Shown piece after piece: positions 27,787 to 36,467 of a stretch of 64,000 bases of DNA (the first letter of the stretch is position 1; each line of letters begins with the position of its first letter). Where the stretch lies: positions 8,654 through 72,653 of IMG/VR virus record IMGVR_UViG_3300029288_007089; one strand, written 5' to 3'. The position numbers and the translations under genes were made by a program. The notes under the pieces are model-generated. The model searched no databases. It saw nothing but the letters and a program-made list of their open reading frames with translations, and was not told the origin of the DNA. The DNA comes from a virus (lineage: Duplodnaviria > Caudoviricetes).

Positions 27787-29163
27787 TCACAGCGTCGCCA
27801 AATCCACGCGGCGCGTCTCCAGGTCGCGGAAGCGCATCGCGTTACGGTCAAAGAACAGCTTAACTGTGCCCGTCGGCCCGTTGCGAAACTTGAGCACGAT
27901 GACCTCTAGCACGTTCACGTCTGCCGTGTCCCGGTCGTACATCGCGTCGAGATACAGGCCCAGCACAATGTCGGCGTCCTGCTCTAACTGCCCGCTGTCG
28001 CGCAGGTCCGACAGTTGCGGGCGCTTCTCGCCGCGTTGCTCCAGCGCACGCGACAATTGCGCGGCGGCGATCACCGGGCAGTTCATCTCGCGCGCCAGCG
28101 CCTTCATTGCGATGCTGATGGCGGTGACTTCTTCGTACCGCTTGTTGCGGTCCAATACCTTGATGAGTTGGGTATAGTCGATCAGCACCGCGTCCACGCG
28201 CCCGCGCAGCGCCCGGAGCCGGAGCGCCTCGGCGCGTATCTGCGCCGGCGTCAGCCCGCCCCGGTGGTCGATGTACAGGTTGTCGCCAAGTTCGTCATTG
28301 AGCCGCGTCAATCCGCCCATTGCGCGCGTGTACTCGTCTGCCGTGACGCGCCCGGTGCGCAGGCCGTGCGAGTTGACGCCCGACGCGCCGGAGAGCGCGC
28401 GCCGCGCCAGTTGGATGTCGGCCATCTCCAGCGAGAAGAGCGCGACAACCTTGCCGGTGCGCACCGCGTGCTCCGCGATGTTCATGAGCATGATGCTCTT
28501 GCCCACACCAGGCCGGGCCGCGATCAGCACGAACTCGTCTGGCTCCACGCCACCCAGGTGCTTGTCGAGGTCGGTAAAGCCGGTGGCGAAGTTGTGCGTC
28601 CGCTCCGGCGCGGCATAGCGCGTCTCCAGTTGCGCGTACAGGTTGTCGAGCGCGCGGCGAAATGGTTGCAGGCCGCCGCCGGCGGCGCGCGCATCGTCGA
28701 GGGTGAGCATGTCCTGGTAGACGCGCTCCATGAGCACGGGCGTCTCCAGTGCCTCGTCGTGCGCCAGCTTCGCTACCTCGCCGGCGTAGGCGAGCAGCCG
28801 GCGGCGCAACGCGGCGCGCGCCACCACTTGCGCGTAGGCGTCGGCGTGGATGCTGGTTGGCGTGAGCGTGATCAGGCGCGTGAGATACGCCGGCCCGCCC
28901 GCCTCTTCGAGTTGGCCCACGCGCCGGAGTTCTTCCGCAACCGTGAGGTTGTCGATGGCCTCCCGGCGCGCGTGCAGGCGTGCGATGGCATCCCAAATCC
29001 AGCCGTGGCGCACGATGAAAAAGTCAGCGACCTCGACCAGCCCGTGTACCCACACGTAGGCCTCCGGGTTGATGAGCACCGCGCCCAGGAGCGCCTCTTC
29101 CGCCTCGACGGAGTTGGGCGCGATCACCGCAATGTCAGCTTGTTTCCCGTTCTGCCGGCTCAT
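27787..29163 (-). CDS. dnaB: Replicative DNA helicase
   Basis: PNSVEAEEALLGAVL, LIAARPGVGKS, LFSLEM, IDYTQL, AAQLSRALEQRGEKRPQLSDLRDSGQLEQDADIV, KFRNGPTG. Confidence 0.97.
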   Translation of the reverse strand: MSRQNGKQADIAVIAPNSVEAEEALLGAVLINPEAYVWVHGLVEVADFFIVRHGWIWDAIARLHARREAIDNLTVAEELRRVGQLEEAGGPAYLTRLITLTPTSIHADAYAQVVARAALRRRLLAYAGEVAKLAHDEALETPVLMERVYQDMLTLDDARAAGGGLQPFRRALDNLYAQLETRYAAPERTHNFATGFTDLDKHLGGVEPDEFVLIAARPGVGKSIMLMNIAEHAVRTGKVVALFSLEMADIQLARRALSGASGVNSHGLRTGRVTADEYTRAMGGLTRLNDELGDNLYIDHRGGLTPAQIRAEALRLRALRGRVDAVLIDYTQLIKVLDRNKRYEEVTAISIAMKALAREMNCPVIAAAQLSRALEQRGEKRPQLSDLRDSGQLEQDADIVLGLYLDAMYDRDTADVNVLEVIVLKFRNGPTGTVKLFFDRNAMRFRDLETRRVDLATL

Positions 29164-30178
29164 GTTGTGCCCTCTTTTCGGCTAGCCAGTCGTCAGTCTC
29201 AACCGCGAATGCGTCCTTCGCCAGCACCCACAACAACTCTGCGTTCTGTAGCGCGTAGTGGCGCTGCGGCGAGGCGCGCGCCTCGCCGGTGGTGAACAGC
29301 CGCGCGAAGAGCGGCCACTGCGCCCGCGCCAGCTCGGACAGGTAATGCGTCGGCGGCTCGTAGGGCTGCCCGTCGCAGAGCGTGCGCGCGTGCACCGCCC
29401 GCGCGCAGTTGACCAGTTCGGCCCAGGCGTCGGGCGAGAGTTGGGCGAGCGGCGCGTATTTGTTGGGTGGTGGCACGCGCGACTCGACCTGCCGGATAAA
29501 GTGCCCCGTCATGGCGTCGTCGGGCACCTTACCGGCGGCATTGTCCGCAACCGTCTTAAGCCACCAGCCCATCAAGAACCAGTTAGGGTATTCGGTAGCG
29601 ACGATGTCTTGCGCCTTCGTACCCCAGTCGAGACCGAAGCCGCGCATGAGGAGAATCTTCTGATAGTCCGAATTCGACGACGACGGTGCGCGCGCGTCGC
29701 CATTTGCGCGCTCCGCGCCTATGGTGTCGTTATTATGGGTTGGTTCAGATGGGATAGTTCTTGTGACACCGGTGACACTAGGGGTAGTGTCATGGGTGAC
29801 ACTAGGGGTAGTGTCATGGGTGACACTAGTGTCATGGGTGTCACGCTTTCGAGGCTCATTCCATACCGTATAGACATTGGAATCGTAACGGCGCGTAGCA
29901 GGATCATAGCGGCGCTCGATGTCAACGTAGCCCGCGCATTCTAGCTCCTTGATGAGCCGAATGATCGTGCGCCGGCTAAGCCCTATATCTTTGGCGAGGC
30001 GTGTCATGCCTGGCCAGGCTGCCTGTTCTGAGTTCATGTATCCGCAAATATTGGCATACAAAAGCCGTGCGCCTTGTGAGAGTGTCGTATCCCTAATGCA
30101 CGCGACAGATACCGACGCCTTCCAGGGATCACCGCTCTTCAGTGTGCCATGTTCTGCGACCTCATCCGTGTTGCTCAT
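29135..30178 (-). CDS. Phage replication initiator (HTH_36-like N-terminus)
   Basis: LSQGARLLYANI...AWPGMTRLAKDIGLSRRTIIRLIKELE..GYV...SNVY; internal repeats; upstream of dnaB. Confidence 0.8.
   Translation of the reverse strand: MSNTDEVAEHGTLKSGDPWKASVSVACIRDTTLSQGARLLYANICGYMNSEQAAWPGMTRLAKDIGLSRRTIIRLIKELECAGYVDIERRYDPATRRYDSNVYTVWNEPRKRDTHDTSVTHDTTPSVTHDTTPSVTGVTRTIPSEPTHNNDTIGAERANGDARAPSSSNSDYQKILLMRGFGLDWGTKAQDIVATEYPNWFLMGWWLKTVADNAAGKVPDDAMTGHFIRQVESRVPPPNKYAPLAQLSPDAWAELVNCARAVHARTLCDGQPYEPPTHYLSELARAQWPLFARLFTTGEARASPQRHYALQNAELLWVLAKDAFAVETDDWLAEKRAQHEPAERETS
29771..29844. repeat. Iteron-like tandem repeats (putative replication origin) inside the initiator gene
   Basis: GGTGACACTAGGGGTAGTGTCATG x2 plus GGTGACACTAGTGTCATG; each unit has the inverted repeat TGACACTA/TAGTGTCA. 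Confidence 0.8.
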
Positions 30179-31151
30179 GTGTGTGTCCGTTTAGGCGCTC
30201 TAGTATCCGTAGTACCTGATCCACGCAGCCGCTGGCATCCTTGTACACTTCGGAGCCGGTGAACCGGATTACTGTCCATCCATTTTCCTGCAAGTAGCGC
30301 TCGCGTTGTGCGTCGTTCGTGCGCTGCTCTTTGGTTTTGTGATAGTCGTGACCGTCTAGCTCGATGGCTATAAACCGTTCGGGAATGGCAAAGTCAATGC
30401 GGTAAGAACCCACAGAATATTGTGGATCAACGGTGAGTCCGGTTCGAAGCGCGGCCAAATAGAACATTTCTTCGATGGGCGATTCTGTTCTGCTTAGGGC
30501 CTCATTGGTAGTTTCATAATTGCGAACGACACGCATCAGGGCTTCAGTGGGATCAGAGAAGTCAAAGATCAGCCGTGACGCCATTCGGTAGACAAACCAG
30601 AGGTCATCATATACCTGTGGGCCGGCAATGATGACAAATTTATCGAAGCTGCGCGCGTATCCTATTTCTGCCAGCGTCCCGAATGCAGAGGGATCATCTA
30701 GCCACGCGTAGAACACGTCACAATCTCGAATGGCCGCCAAGCATCGCCTGACAATAGACGATTGCAATGAAGTCCTAAATTCTGGATTGTAACTTTCGTT
30801 AGGATACTGGAGCGCCTCGCCAGTTTCGGAATTGATACCATCGCGATAGGGCGAATATTCGGCGTCATACGTGCAGATAAAGCCATGAGAGTTGGAACCA
30901 TGAAAGCACCCATGATCGTCGGAGACAAAGAACGGGCCTACATAATGATGCTGATCTGCGATGGCGTATCGTAGGGGTCTCCATTGCAGTGTCATAACAT
31001 CTTCATCTGCGCTCTTTGAGCGCACGTTATAGGTAGTGATCGCATTGGAGCCACAGGAACCGATGAATTGTTCACCCAGGCCGCGCACAATCTTGTGTCG
31101 CCAATCATTCTTGGCAATCTTCCCCGCGAGATAAAAGCTAAGCGGTTCCAT
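30162..31151 (-). CDS. Nucleoside 2-deoxyribosyltransferase-like domain fused to DUF559 (Vsr-like) endonuclease
   Basis: FYLAG, CDVFYAWLD..AFGTLAEIGYA; C-terminal ESPIEE...PQYSVGSYRIDFAI...IELDGHDYH...DAQRERYLQENGWTVIRFTGSEV; low GC. Confidence 0.75.
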   Translation of the reverse strand: MEPLSFYLAGKIAKNDWRHKIVRGLGEQFIGSCGSNAITTYNVRSKSADEDVMTLQWRPLRYAIADQHHYVGPFFVSDDHGCFHGSNSHGFICTYDAEYSPYRDGINSETGEALQYPNESYNPEFRTSLQSSIVRRCLAAIRDCDVFYAWLDDPSAFGTLAEIGYARSFDKFVIIAGPQVYDDLWFVYRMASRLIFDFSDPTEALMRVVRNYETTNEALSRTESPIEEMFYLAALRTGLTVDPQYSVGSYRIDFAIPERFIAIELDGHDYHKTKEQRTNDAQRERYLQENGWTVIRFTGSEVYKDASGCVDQVLRILERLNGHTHEQHG

Positions 31152-31485
31152 TCCCGTGCTCCTTCTCGTGGCACTCCCGGCACAGCACAACCACGTCGCG
31201 GTCACGTTCGCAGCCGAGGTTTTCATAGGTAAGGTGGTGCACGTCAATAAGTCCATACCGCTCGCCACATTCCTCGCAGGTGCGATCGCGGTCCTTTAGA
31301 ATACGCGCCCGGAACGCGCGCCAGTGCACCGTGCGCAGGTACTGCTCGTAGGGCATGGCGCGGTACTTCTCAGTCGTCGCTTCCGCCAGCGCGTCGCCGG
31401 CGCGGTCCTGTCGGCGCTGCGCAATGCCGAGGCGCGTTTCGTGTTGCTGGACCAGAACTGCCGTCAATGTGCGTTTCCTAGACAC
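31138..31485 (-). CDS. HNH endonuclease
   Basis: YLRTVHWRAFR...CEECG...VHHLTYENLG.E...VVVLCRECH. Confidence 0.85.
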   Translation of the reverse strand: MSRKRTLTAVLVQQHETRLGIAQRRQDRAGDALAEATTEKYRAMPYEQYLRTVHWRAFRARILKDRDRTCEECGERYGLIDVHHLTYENLGCERDRDVVVLCRECHEKEHGNGTA

Positions 31486-31630
31486 AAAAAGCCGCCTTTT
31501 CCTTGTACGGGAATAGCGGCTGTGGTATGCTCTCTTTTGGGCATTGCCGTGGTCGCTAGTCCCGTCACGGTGATGTCTGGAGCGCCGGCGGGTCCGAACC
31601 GCTGGCGCTCACTGTTCAGTTGTCCCCCCA

Positions 31631-31659
31631 TTATACTCGAACATCCGTGCGTCGTCAAC
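31631..31659 (-). promoter_or_regulatory. sigma70-type promoter followed by a structured leader (31490-31620)
   Basis: TTGACG-17-TATAAT on minus; downstream hairpins, the last (AGCCGC...GCGGCT) followed by TTTTG. Confidence 0.7.
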
Positions 31660-31663
31660 CGCG

Positions 31664-32404
31664 TCACAGCCCCGCCTCCGTAAACAGCGGCAGCCCCGCC
31701 ACCGGCGAGTACCGCCCCTCCAGGCACGCGCGCACGTGCTGCGCCACATAGCGCCCCATTGCCAGCGGGACGCCGTTGCCGAGCAGGTGCACGCACATGA
31801 CCTGGTGCGCCCGCCGCGACAGTTCCGCCGGCCACGCGGCGCGCATGTCATTGGCGAATTCCGGGAAGCCCTGGAGCCGCGCCGCGTCCTGCGCGCTCAG
31901 TTCCTCGTGCCCAACGAAGCGCTGGCGCGGTGTGCGCCGCTTCCAGTTCGTCGCAATGACGGAATATTCGCCCCGCCCCGGTCGCGCTTCCGGTGCGGGC
32001 GCAGGCGGCAGGCCGTAAAAGTAGAACAGGCGCGTGCGCTGCGTGTTGCCGCCGCAGTCCCAGTCGGACAGGCGCGTGTACTCCCATGCCGGCGCGTGCG
32101 CCTCCACACCGGGCACGTTCTCCATCACCGCCCATGTCGGCTGTGCCTCTTCGACAATGCGCAGGAATTCGGGTATCAGGTTCACCGCGCCGGTGCCCGT
32201 AAACGCGGCGCTGCTAAACGTCTGGCAGGGCGGCCCGCCGATAATGCCGTCGAAGCGGCCCGGCGGTGCGCGGAAGTCGCGCACGTCGCCGCCCCACAGC
32301 ACGTCCGGCCCGCGCACCACGCAGAAGCCCTCCGCCTCGAACGCGCGCCCGAAGAGGTCCGCGCCGGGGAACAGGGAGAGCACGAGTGGCGTCAACCGCG
32401 TCAC
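31664..32404 (-). CDS. DNA (cytosine-5)-methyltransferase
   Basis: LSLFPGADL (motif I), IIGGPPCQTFS (motif IV), VMENVPG (VI), QRTRLF (VIII), LLGNGVP (X). Confidence 0.9.
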   Translation of the reverse strand: MTRLTPLVLSLFPGADLFGRAFEAEGFCVVRGPDVLWGGDVRDFRAPPGRFDGIIGGPPCQTFSSAAFTGTGAVNLIPEFLRIVEEAQPTWAVMENVPGVEAHAPAWEYTRLSDWDCGGNTQRTRLFYFYGLPPAPAPEARPGRGEYSVIATNWKRRTPRQRFVGHEELSAQDAARLQGFPEFANDMRAAWPAELSRRAHQVMCVHLLGNGVPLAMGRYVAQHVRACLEGRYSPVAGLPLFTEAGL

Positions 32405-33030
32405 AGCCCCAACTCCTCCTGCACCGCGCCCGCCTCCAACACAACATCGCACGCAATCTCATTACCCCACACATCCCAGCCCGGCCAACGCCGCCGCGCG
32501 AAAAGCTCCAGCCGGCGCGTGTTGGGATAGAGGCGGTCGATCAGGGCGTATTGCGCGTCAGGCTTGCGGCTGTGCTCGCGCACCGGCGCGAGGATCACGT
32601 CCAGAACGTCGTGCGCCGCCACCGGCATCCGCCCGCGCACCGCCAGCAGGCAGAACTCGGCGTTCGCGCGGGTGTAGTAGCCCAGGCCCATGTGTAGGCC
32701 CGCCCCGCTGCGCTGCGTCTTGACCCAGGTCCAGGCTACCGTGGCGTAGCGAAAGCCCCAGGCCTCGATCACCTGCTGCGGCGCGCTCAGGCTCCCCGGC
32801 GCGCCCAGCAGCAGGGGGCGGGTGGTCCAGTAGAAGAGCGCGGCGTTGTCCGCCGCCAGGCCCGCCACCGGGAGCCGGCACAGCGCCTCAGTGGACATAA
32901 CCGGGTAGTGGCGCTCCGGTGAGCGCCCCTTGCCCCGGTCGCTGCGCGTCTCGAAGCGCGTGGGCGGATCGGCCAGAATGATGTCATACACATCATCGTC
33001 CGTTCCACGCAACCGCCCCCGCGTCGTCAT
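32401..33030 (-). CDS. MT-A70 family adenine methyltransferase
   Basis: YDIILADPPTRF, HYPVMS, ALFYWTT, WGFRY...WVK, GLGYYTRANAEFCLL, REHSRKPD, LELFARR...WDVWGNE. Confidence 0.92.
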   Translation of the reverse strand: MTTRGRLRGTDDDVYDIILADPPTRFETRSDRGKGRSPERHYPVMSTEALCRLPVAGLAADNAALFYWTTRPLLLGAPGSLSAPQQVIEAWGFRYATVAWTWVKTQRSGAGLHMGLGYYTRANAEFCLLAVRGRMPVAAHDVLDVILAPVREHSRKPDAQYALIDRLYPNTRRLELFARRRWPGWDVWGNEIACDVVLEAGAVQEELGL

Positions 33031-33248
33031 GCCCCCGCCTCCGCAAACAACTCCGCCAGCGTCATATTCAGCGCCGCGCATATCACCGCCAGCGTCGTCA
33101 ATTGTGGCGCTCTGCCATGTTCCACTTCATGGATCGTCGTCGCGCATACCTCACCATTGGCGCGGTTCACTACCGCGTCGCGCGACAGGCCCAGCGCCTC
33201 GCGCCGCTTGCGCAGGATCGCACCGAGTGCGTAGGCGTCAAGTGTCAC
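33027..33248 (-). CDS. XRE/Cro-like HTH protein
   Basis: LRKRREALGLSRDAV...TIHEVEHGRAPQLTTLAVICAALNMTLAELF. Confidence 0.85.
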   Translation of the reverse strand: MTLDAYALGAILRKRREALGLSRDAVVNRANGEVCATTIHEVEHGRAPQLTTLAVICAALNMTLAELFAEAGA

Positions 33249-34290
33249 GCCCGTCCCTCCGTCATCGGCGTCGCCGCCTCTTCCCGCGCCGCGTCGGCGT
33301 GGCGCTGCATGGCGTTGGCGCGCAGGTCACGCTCCAGCGCGCAGGGTTCGTGCAGCCACACGTGCCCGCAGTGGCGACAGTAGTAGCCGTCGCGCGCCGC
33401 CTCGATACTGTCCGGGTCGTGGCCGCAGTTGGGGCAATGGGTGGGTGTCACGCTATAGTCTCCTATGCCATTCCCGCGCCGACCAACTGTCGCTGTTCAG
33501 TTCGTTGCCGTCCATGTCGAGCATGACGCCGAATACGCCATCGGCGCGGGCCTCGAACCATAGCCATAACCGGTTCGCAACGTCACCGGCGTACAGCAAT
33601 AGCCAGTAGGCGGCGCGCAGGAAACGGTAGCGCAAGCGCGTCACGCCGCCCGCCTCGCGTACCGGTCGCACAGCGTTTGCGCCAAGTCTGCCGTCACCCA
33701 TATCAGGAAGAGCGCTGTCAGCGCGTCGGCGCTGTCCACGCCCTGCGAGATCGCCAGCGCATAGACGAAGATCGCCCCCGCCTTGAATACATCAAGCAAT
33801 CCGTTCAGTTCAGTCACGAATTTCACGCGCGTCATTTTATTGTCTCCGTTCACGTCCCCGCCTCCACCGGCAATACCGTCGCCACCTGCCGCCGGCTGTG
33901 ATCCCACGCGATGCAGAAGCGCAGGCCGGCGTACTCCACCTCGCGGATGCTGATGCGGTTGCTCTCGCGTCGCACCAGCCGGCTCTCGTTGCGCGTCACG
34001 AGGTGCGCAATGCGCCGCAGGTCTTCCTCGCTCCACCGCGCGCCGAGCCGTTGCCGCGCGCGGCGTATGGCATGAACGCGCTGCGCCTGGCGCTTCGTTC
34101 ACGCCCCCGCCTCCAGGTTCCGCCCGAACACCGTCAACTCGTGCCCCCGGCACTGCGCGTTGGGGCACGTGCGCCGCAGCGTATTGCGCTGCGCATAAGG
34201 CACCCAGCCGGTCGTGAAGCCGCACAACGGGCACCGCGCCTGCGCTTCGGGCTGCTTCGTCTTCGTGGGTGTTGCGACGCGGGCGCTCAC
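33245..34290 (-). other. Run of small hypothetical ORFs, several with Zn-finger CxxC motifs
   Basis: For example 33245-33451 (CPNCG, CRHCG) and 34099-34290 (CPLCG, CPNAQC); overlapping GTGA/ATGA junctions. Confidence 0.5.
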
Positions 34291-34415
34291 TGGCGCACCC
34301 TCGCCGGATGCTTCTTGGCGACGTGAATATCCAACTTGTTCGCGCCGACCTTCATGCCGCACCAGGGGCACGTAACCATTGCGGGGGTCGTAACGCCGGT
34401 CTTCTTCTTGGACAC
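34287..34415 (-). CDS. Small C2H2-type zinc-finger protein (42 aa, below the ORF-track cutoff)
   Basis: GTG start after TAGGAG; VSKKKTGVTTPAMVTCPWCGMKVGANKLDIHVAKKHPARVRQ. Confidence 0.6.
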   Translation of the reverse strand: MSKKKTGVTTPAMVTCPWCGMKVGANKLDIHVAKKHPARVRQ

Positions 34416-34442
34416 GTCATACTCCTATCGCACTCAGGCACA

Positions 34443-34535
34443 TGCGCTGTTCCCGGAGTCGAACCGGGCCGCGACGTGGTGTGCGCCGCGTACCATACTC
34501 ATTGCCGCGTCGGTGGGCGGCTAGAGGAACAGCGC
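34443..34535 (-). ncRNA. tRNA-like cloverleaf (non-canonical)
   Basis: 8-bp acceptor GCGCTGTT/AACAGCGC, perfect T-arm CCCGG-TTCGACT-CCGGG, two other hairpins; no canonical D-loop or anticodon loop. Confidence 0.55.
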
Positions 34536-35610
34536 CAGTGGACCGGCGCTTCCGCGCGCACGGCATGGAGCCGACTTTCGCGGCAGGGAGAGCGGTTGCC
34601 GTCCCTCGGCAAAGGCGAAGCGTTCCAGCCTGTGTTAAAGTCCCTGAACCGGACCGGTCATGACGCGATCCGGTTCAGGGGGTGCGTGCCCTGGCGTGCG
34701 CCGTGCGCACGCTGGTACTAACCGCTCATGTTAAGTTGCCGCCCCCGACAACAGGTTAAAAAGCGTGTGACAGTTGACGCATGTATGCGCGCCGGGGGCG
34801 GCTGCAAAACGGGCGCGGCGGGGCTTGATACCCGATTGCCGGCAAACGTGCGGCGGAGCGTACCGCCGTCACTCATCCCGCCGCGCTACCGACGGGACTT
34901 ACGACCAACGATGCCGGCTCAGTCGTTAAGGCCTCGCGGCCATAGCGTGTCCTTCCACGCCGCGCGCCCGTTGTTGCCTATGTTGTTGTAAAAGTCCTGG
35001 GCGCTCACATGCTCCGTCTGGAGCGTCAGCCCCGCCATTTGCGGTTGGTCCGGGTGCGCCCGTCGGTTTGCCCCGCCCCGGCTGCGGGGTCGCTGAATGG
35101 TACGTGCCACCGTAACCACACGTCATGCCTATATTGCCCCCTCCGGGGTGGGGCGGTGCAGCCCGCCTTGCGGCCCGGTTGCCGCCCCACCCGCTGCCAG
35201 GAGGAGGAGATATGAACCACCGGGGGCGTCGCCTCTATGCCGGGCTAGCGACGCGGGTCAAGGAGTCAGGACGTAAATGCACAACGCCCCCCGGCATGGC
35301 CCGCGTAAAGCGCCCCGGTTGCCTTCATATTCTTCACAAACGCTCTATGTGCGCCTGACATACGTTCATACGTTTTTAGTCTCATACCGAACGTTCACCG
35401 AGCGTTCGCGAAAATCATCATATGCTGTTATTAACGTTCTACACTCGCTATGCTATATTTAGTTGGAAAGGTGCTGCCCCCGCCCCGACGCAGGAGCGCC
35501 GCGACTACCAGGGTTGGAGCGCATAGAGCGCCAGGGCGGGGACGCGAGCTAGGCACTAACGACTTTGGCGAGTGGATAGTGTTTAGCTCTAGAACATGCG
35601 GTCTGGTGAC

Positions 35611-35621
35611 ATTATAGCACA
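35611..35621 (-). promoter_or_regulatory. Extended -10 promoter for the leftward early block
   Basis: TGTGCTATAAT on minus, upstream of the long non-coding region and the leftward operon. Confidence 0.55.
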
Positions 35622-35667
35622 GAAACCAGACACACAAATGGCCCTCACTTCGGTGGGGGCTATTTGT

Positions 35668-35955
35668 TTACGCCCTTATCAGGACGTTCCTCTCCTGGGC
35701 CGTCATGGGGACATTGCCGTCCACGCGCACCACAAGATCGTTGATGTCCTCTAGTCCGAGAAAATCCATGATCTTGTCGGCGGTGGTCCGGCGATAGTCA
35801 CTCAGGTAGAACTTGGAACCAACCTGCGCCTCATACCACGTGCGCAGCGTTCGGTCACTGACGCCAATTTCCCGCGACAACTGTTCCCAGTCGATGCGGG
35901 CGTACTTCGGCAGACGCTTGCCCAGGAGAGTAGCAAAGTGTGTCTGGTATCGCAC
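35668..35955 (-). CDS. HTH transcriptional regulator (repressor-like)
   Basis: IDWEQLSREIGVSDRTLRTWYE; driven by a consensus promoter at the divergence point. Confidence 0.7.
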   Translation of the reverse strand: MRYQTHFATLLGKRLPKYARIDWEQLSREIGVSDRTLRTWYEAQVGSKFYLSDYRRTTADKIMDFLGLEDINDLVVRVDGNVPMTAQERNVLIRA

Positions 35956-35992
35956 TATGGACCGTCACCTCCTCTCGCGCATGGTTAAATCC

Positions 35993-36057
35993 ATTATAGA
36001 GACTTCCGCCGATTTGTCAACTAAGTAGTTGACAGAGAAACGTATTTCTGCTAGAAT
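35993..36057. promoter_or_regulatory. Back-to-back consensus promoters with palindromic operator
   Basis: Plus TTGACA(36029-34)-17-TAGAAT(36052-57); minus TTGACA(36020-15)-16-TATAAT(35998-93); palindrome TGTCAACTA-ag-TAGTTGACA. Confidence 0.85.
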
Positions 36058-36079
36058 GTAGTCAAGTACGGAGGCATCA

Positions 36080-36436
36080 ATGACAAAGCCGGATCGCTGT
36101 GTTGATTGTGGAATAGAACTGACGCCCGCAAATCTTGATGGTTTCTGGCCGATAAGCGTGACGCGCATTCGCTGCAATGACTGTATAAGAAAGCGCCGGA
36201 AACTTGAATATGTGGCGGGTAAAGCAGTGCAAGATGCAATCAGGCACGGCGATCTACCCAAGGCCCAGGCGTTGAAATGCGCAATGTGTGGCAAGCCGGC
36301 GTATGACTATCATCACCACAGGGGCTACGATGAGGCACACCACCTTGATGTCATCCCGCTTTGTCGGAAGTGCCATGTACGACTACACACAAAAGAAATC
36401 TTGGCGCTAAAAGAGGCGGCTCGCGCCGCTTCGTAA
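36080..36436 (+). CDS. HNH-like Zn-binding protein
   Basis: CVDCG, CNDC, CAMCG...YHHHRGY...VIPLCRKCH. Confidence 0.7.
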   Translation: MTKPDRCVDCGIELTPANLDGFWPISVTRIRCNDCIRKRRKLEYVAGKAVQDAIRHGDLPKAQALKCAMCGKPAYDYHHHRGYDEAHHLDVIPLCRKCHVRLHTKEILALKEAARAAS

Positions 36437-36467
36437 AATCCGGTCACGGGCACGAAAGGAGACTATC

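Noticed and set aside
34443-34535. A canonical tRNA gene
   Set aside because: No GG-containing D-loop, 8-bp acceptor, and the candidate anticodon loop lacks U33; kept only as tRNA-like
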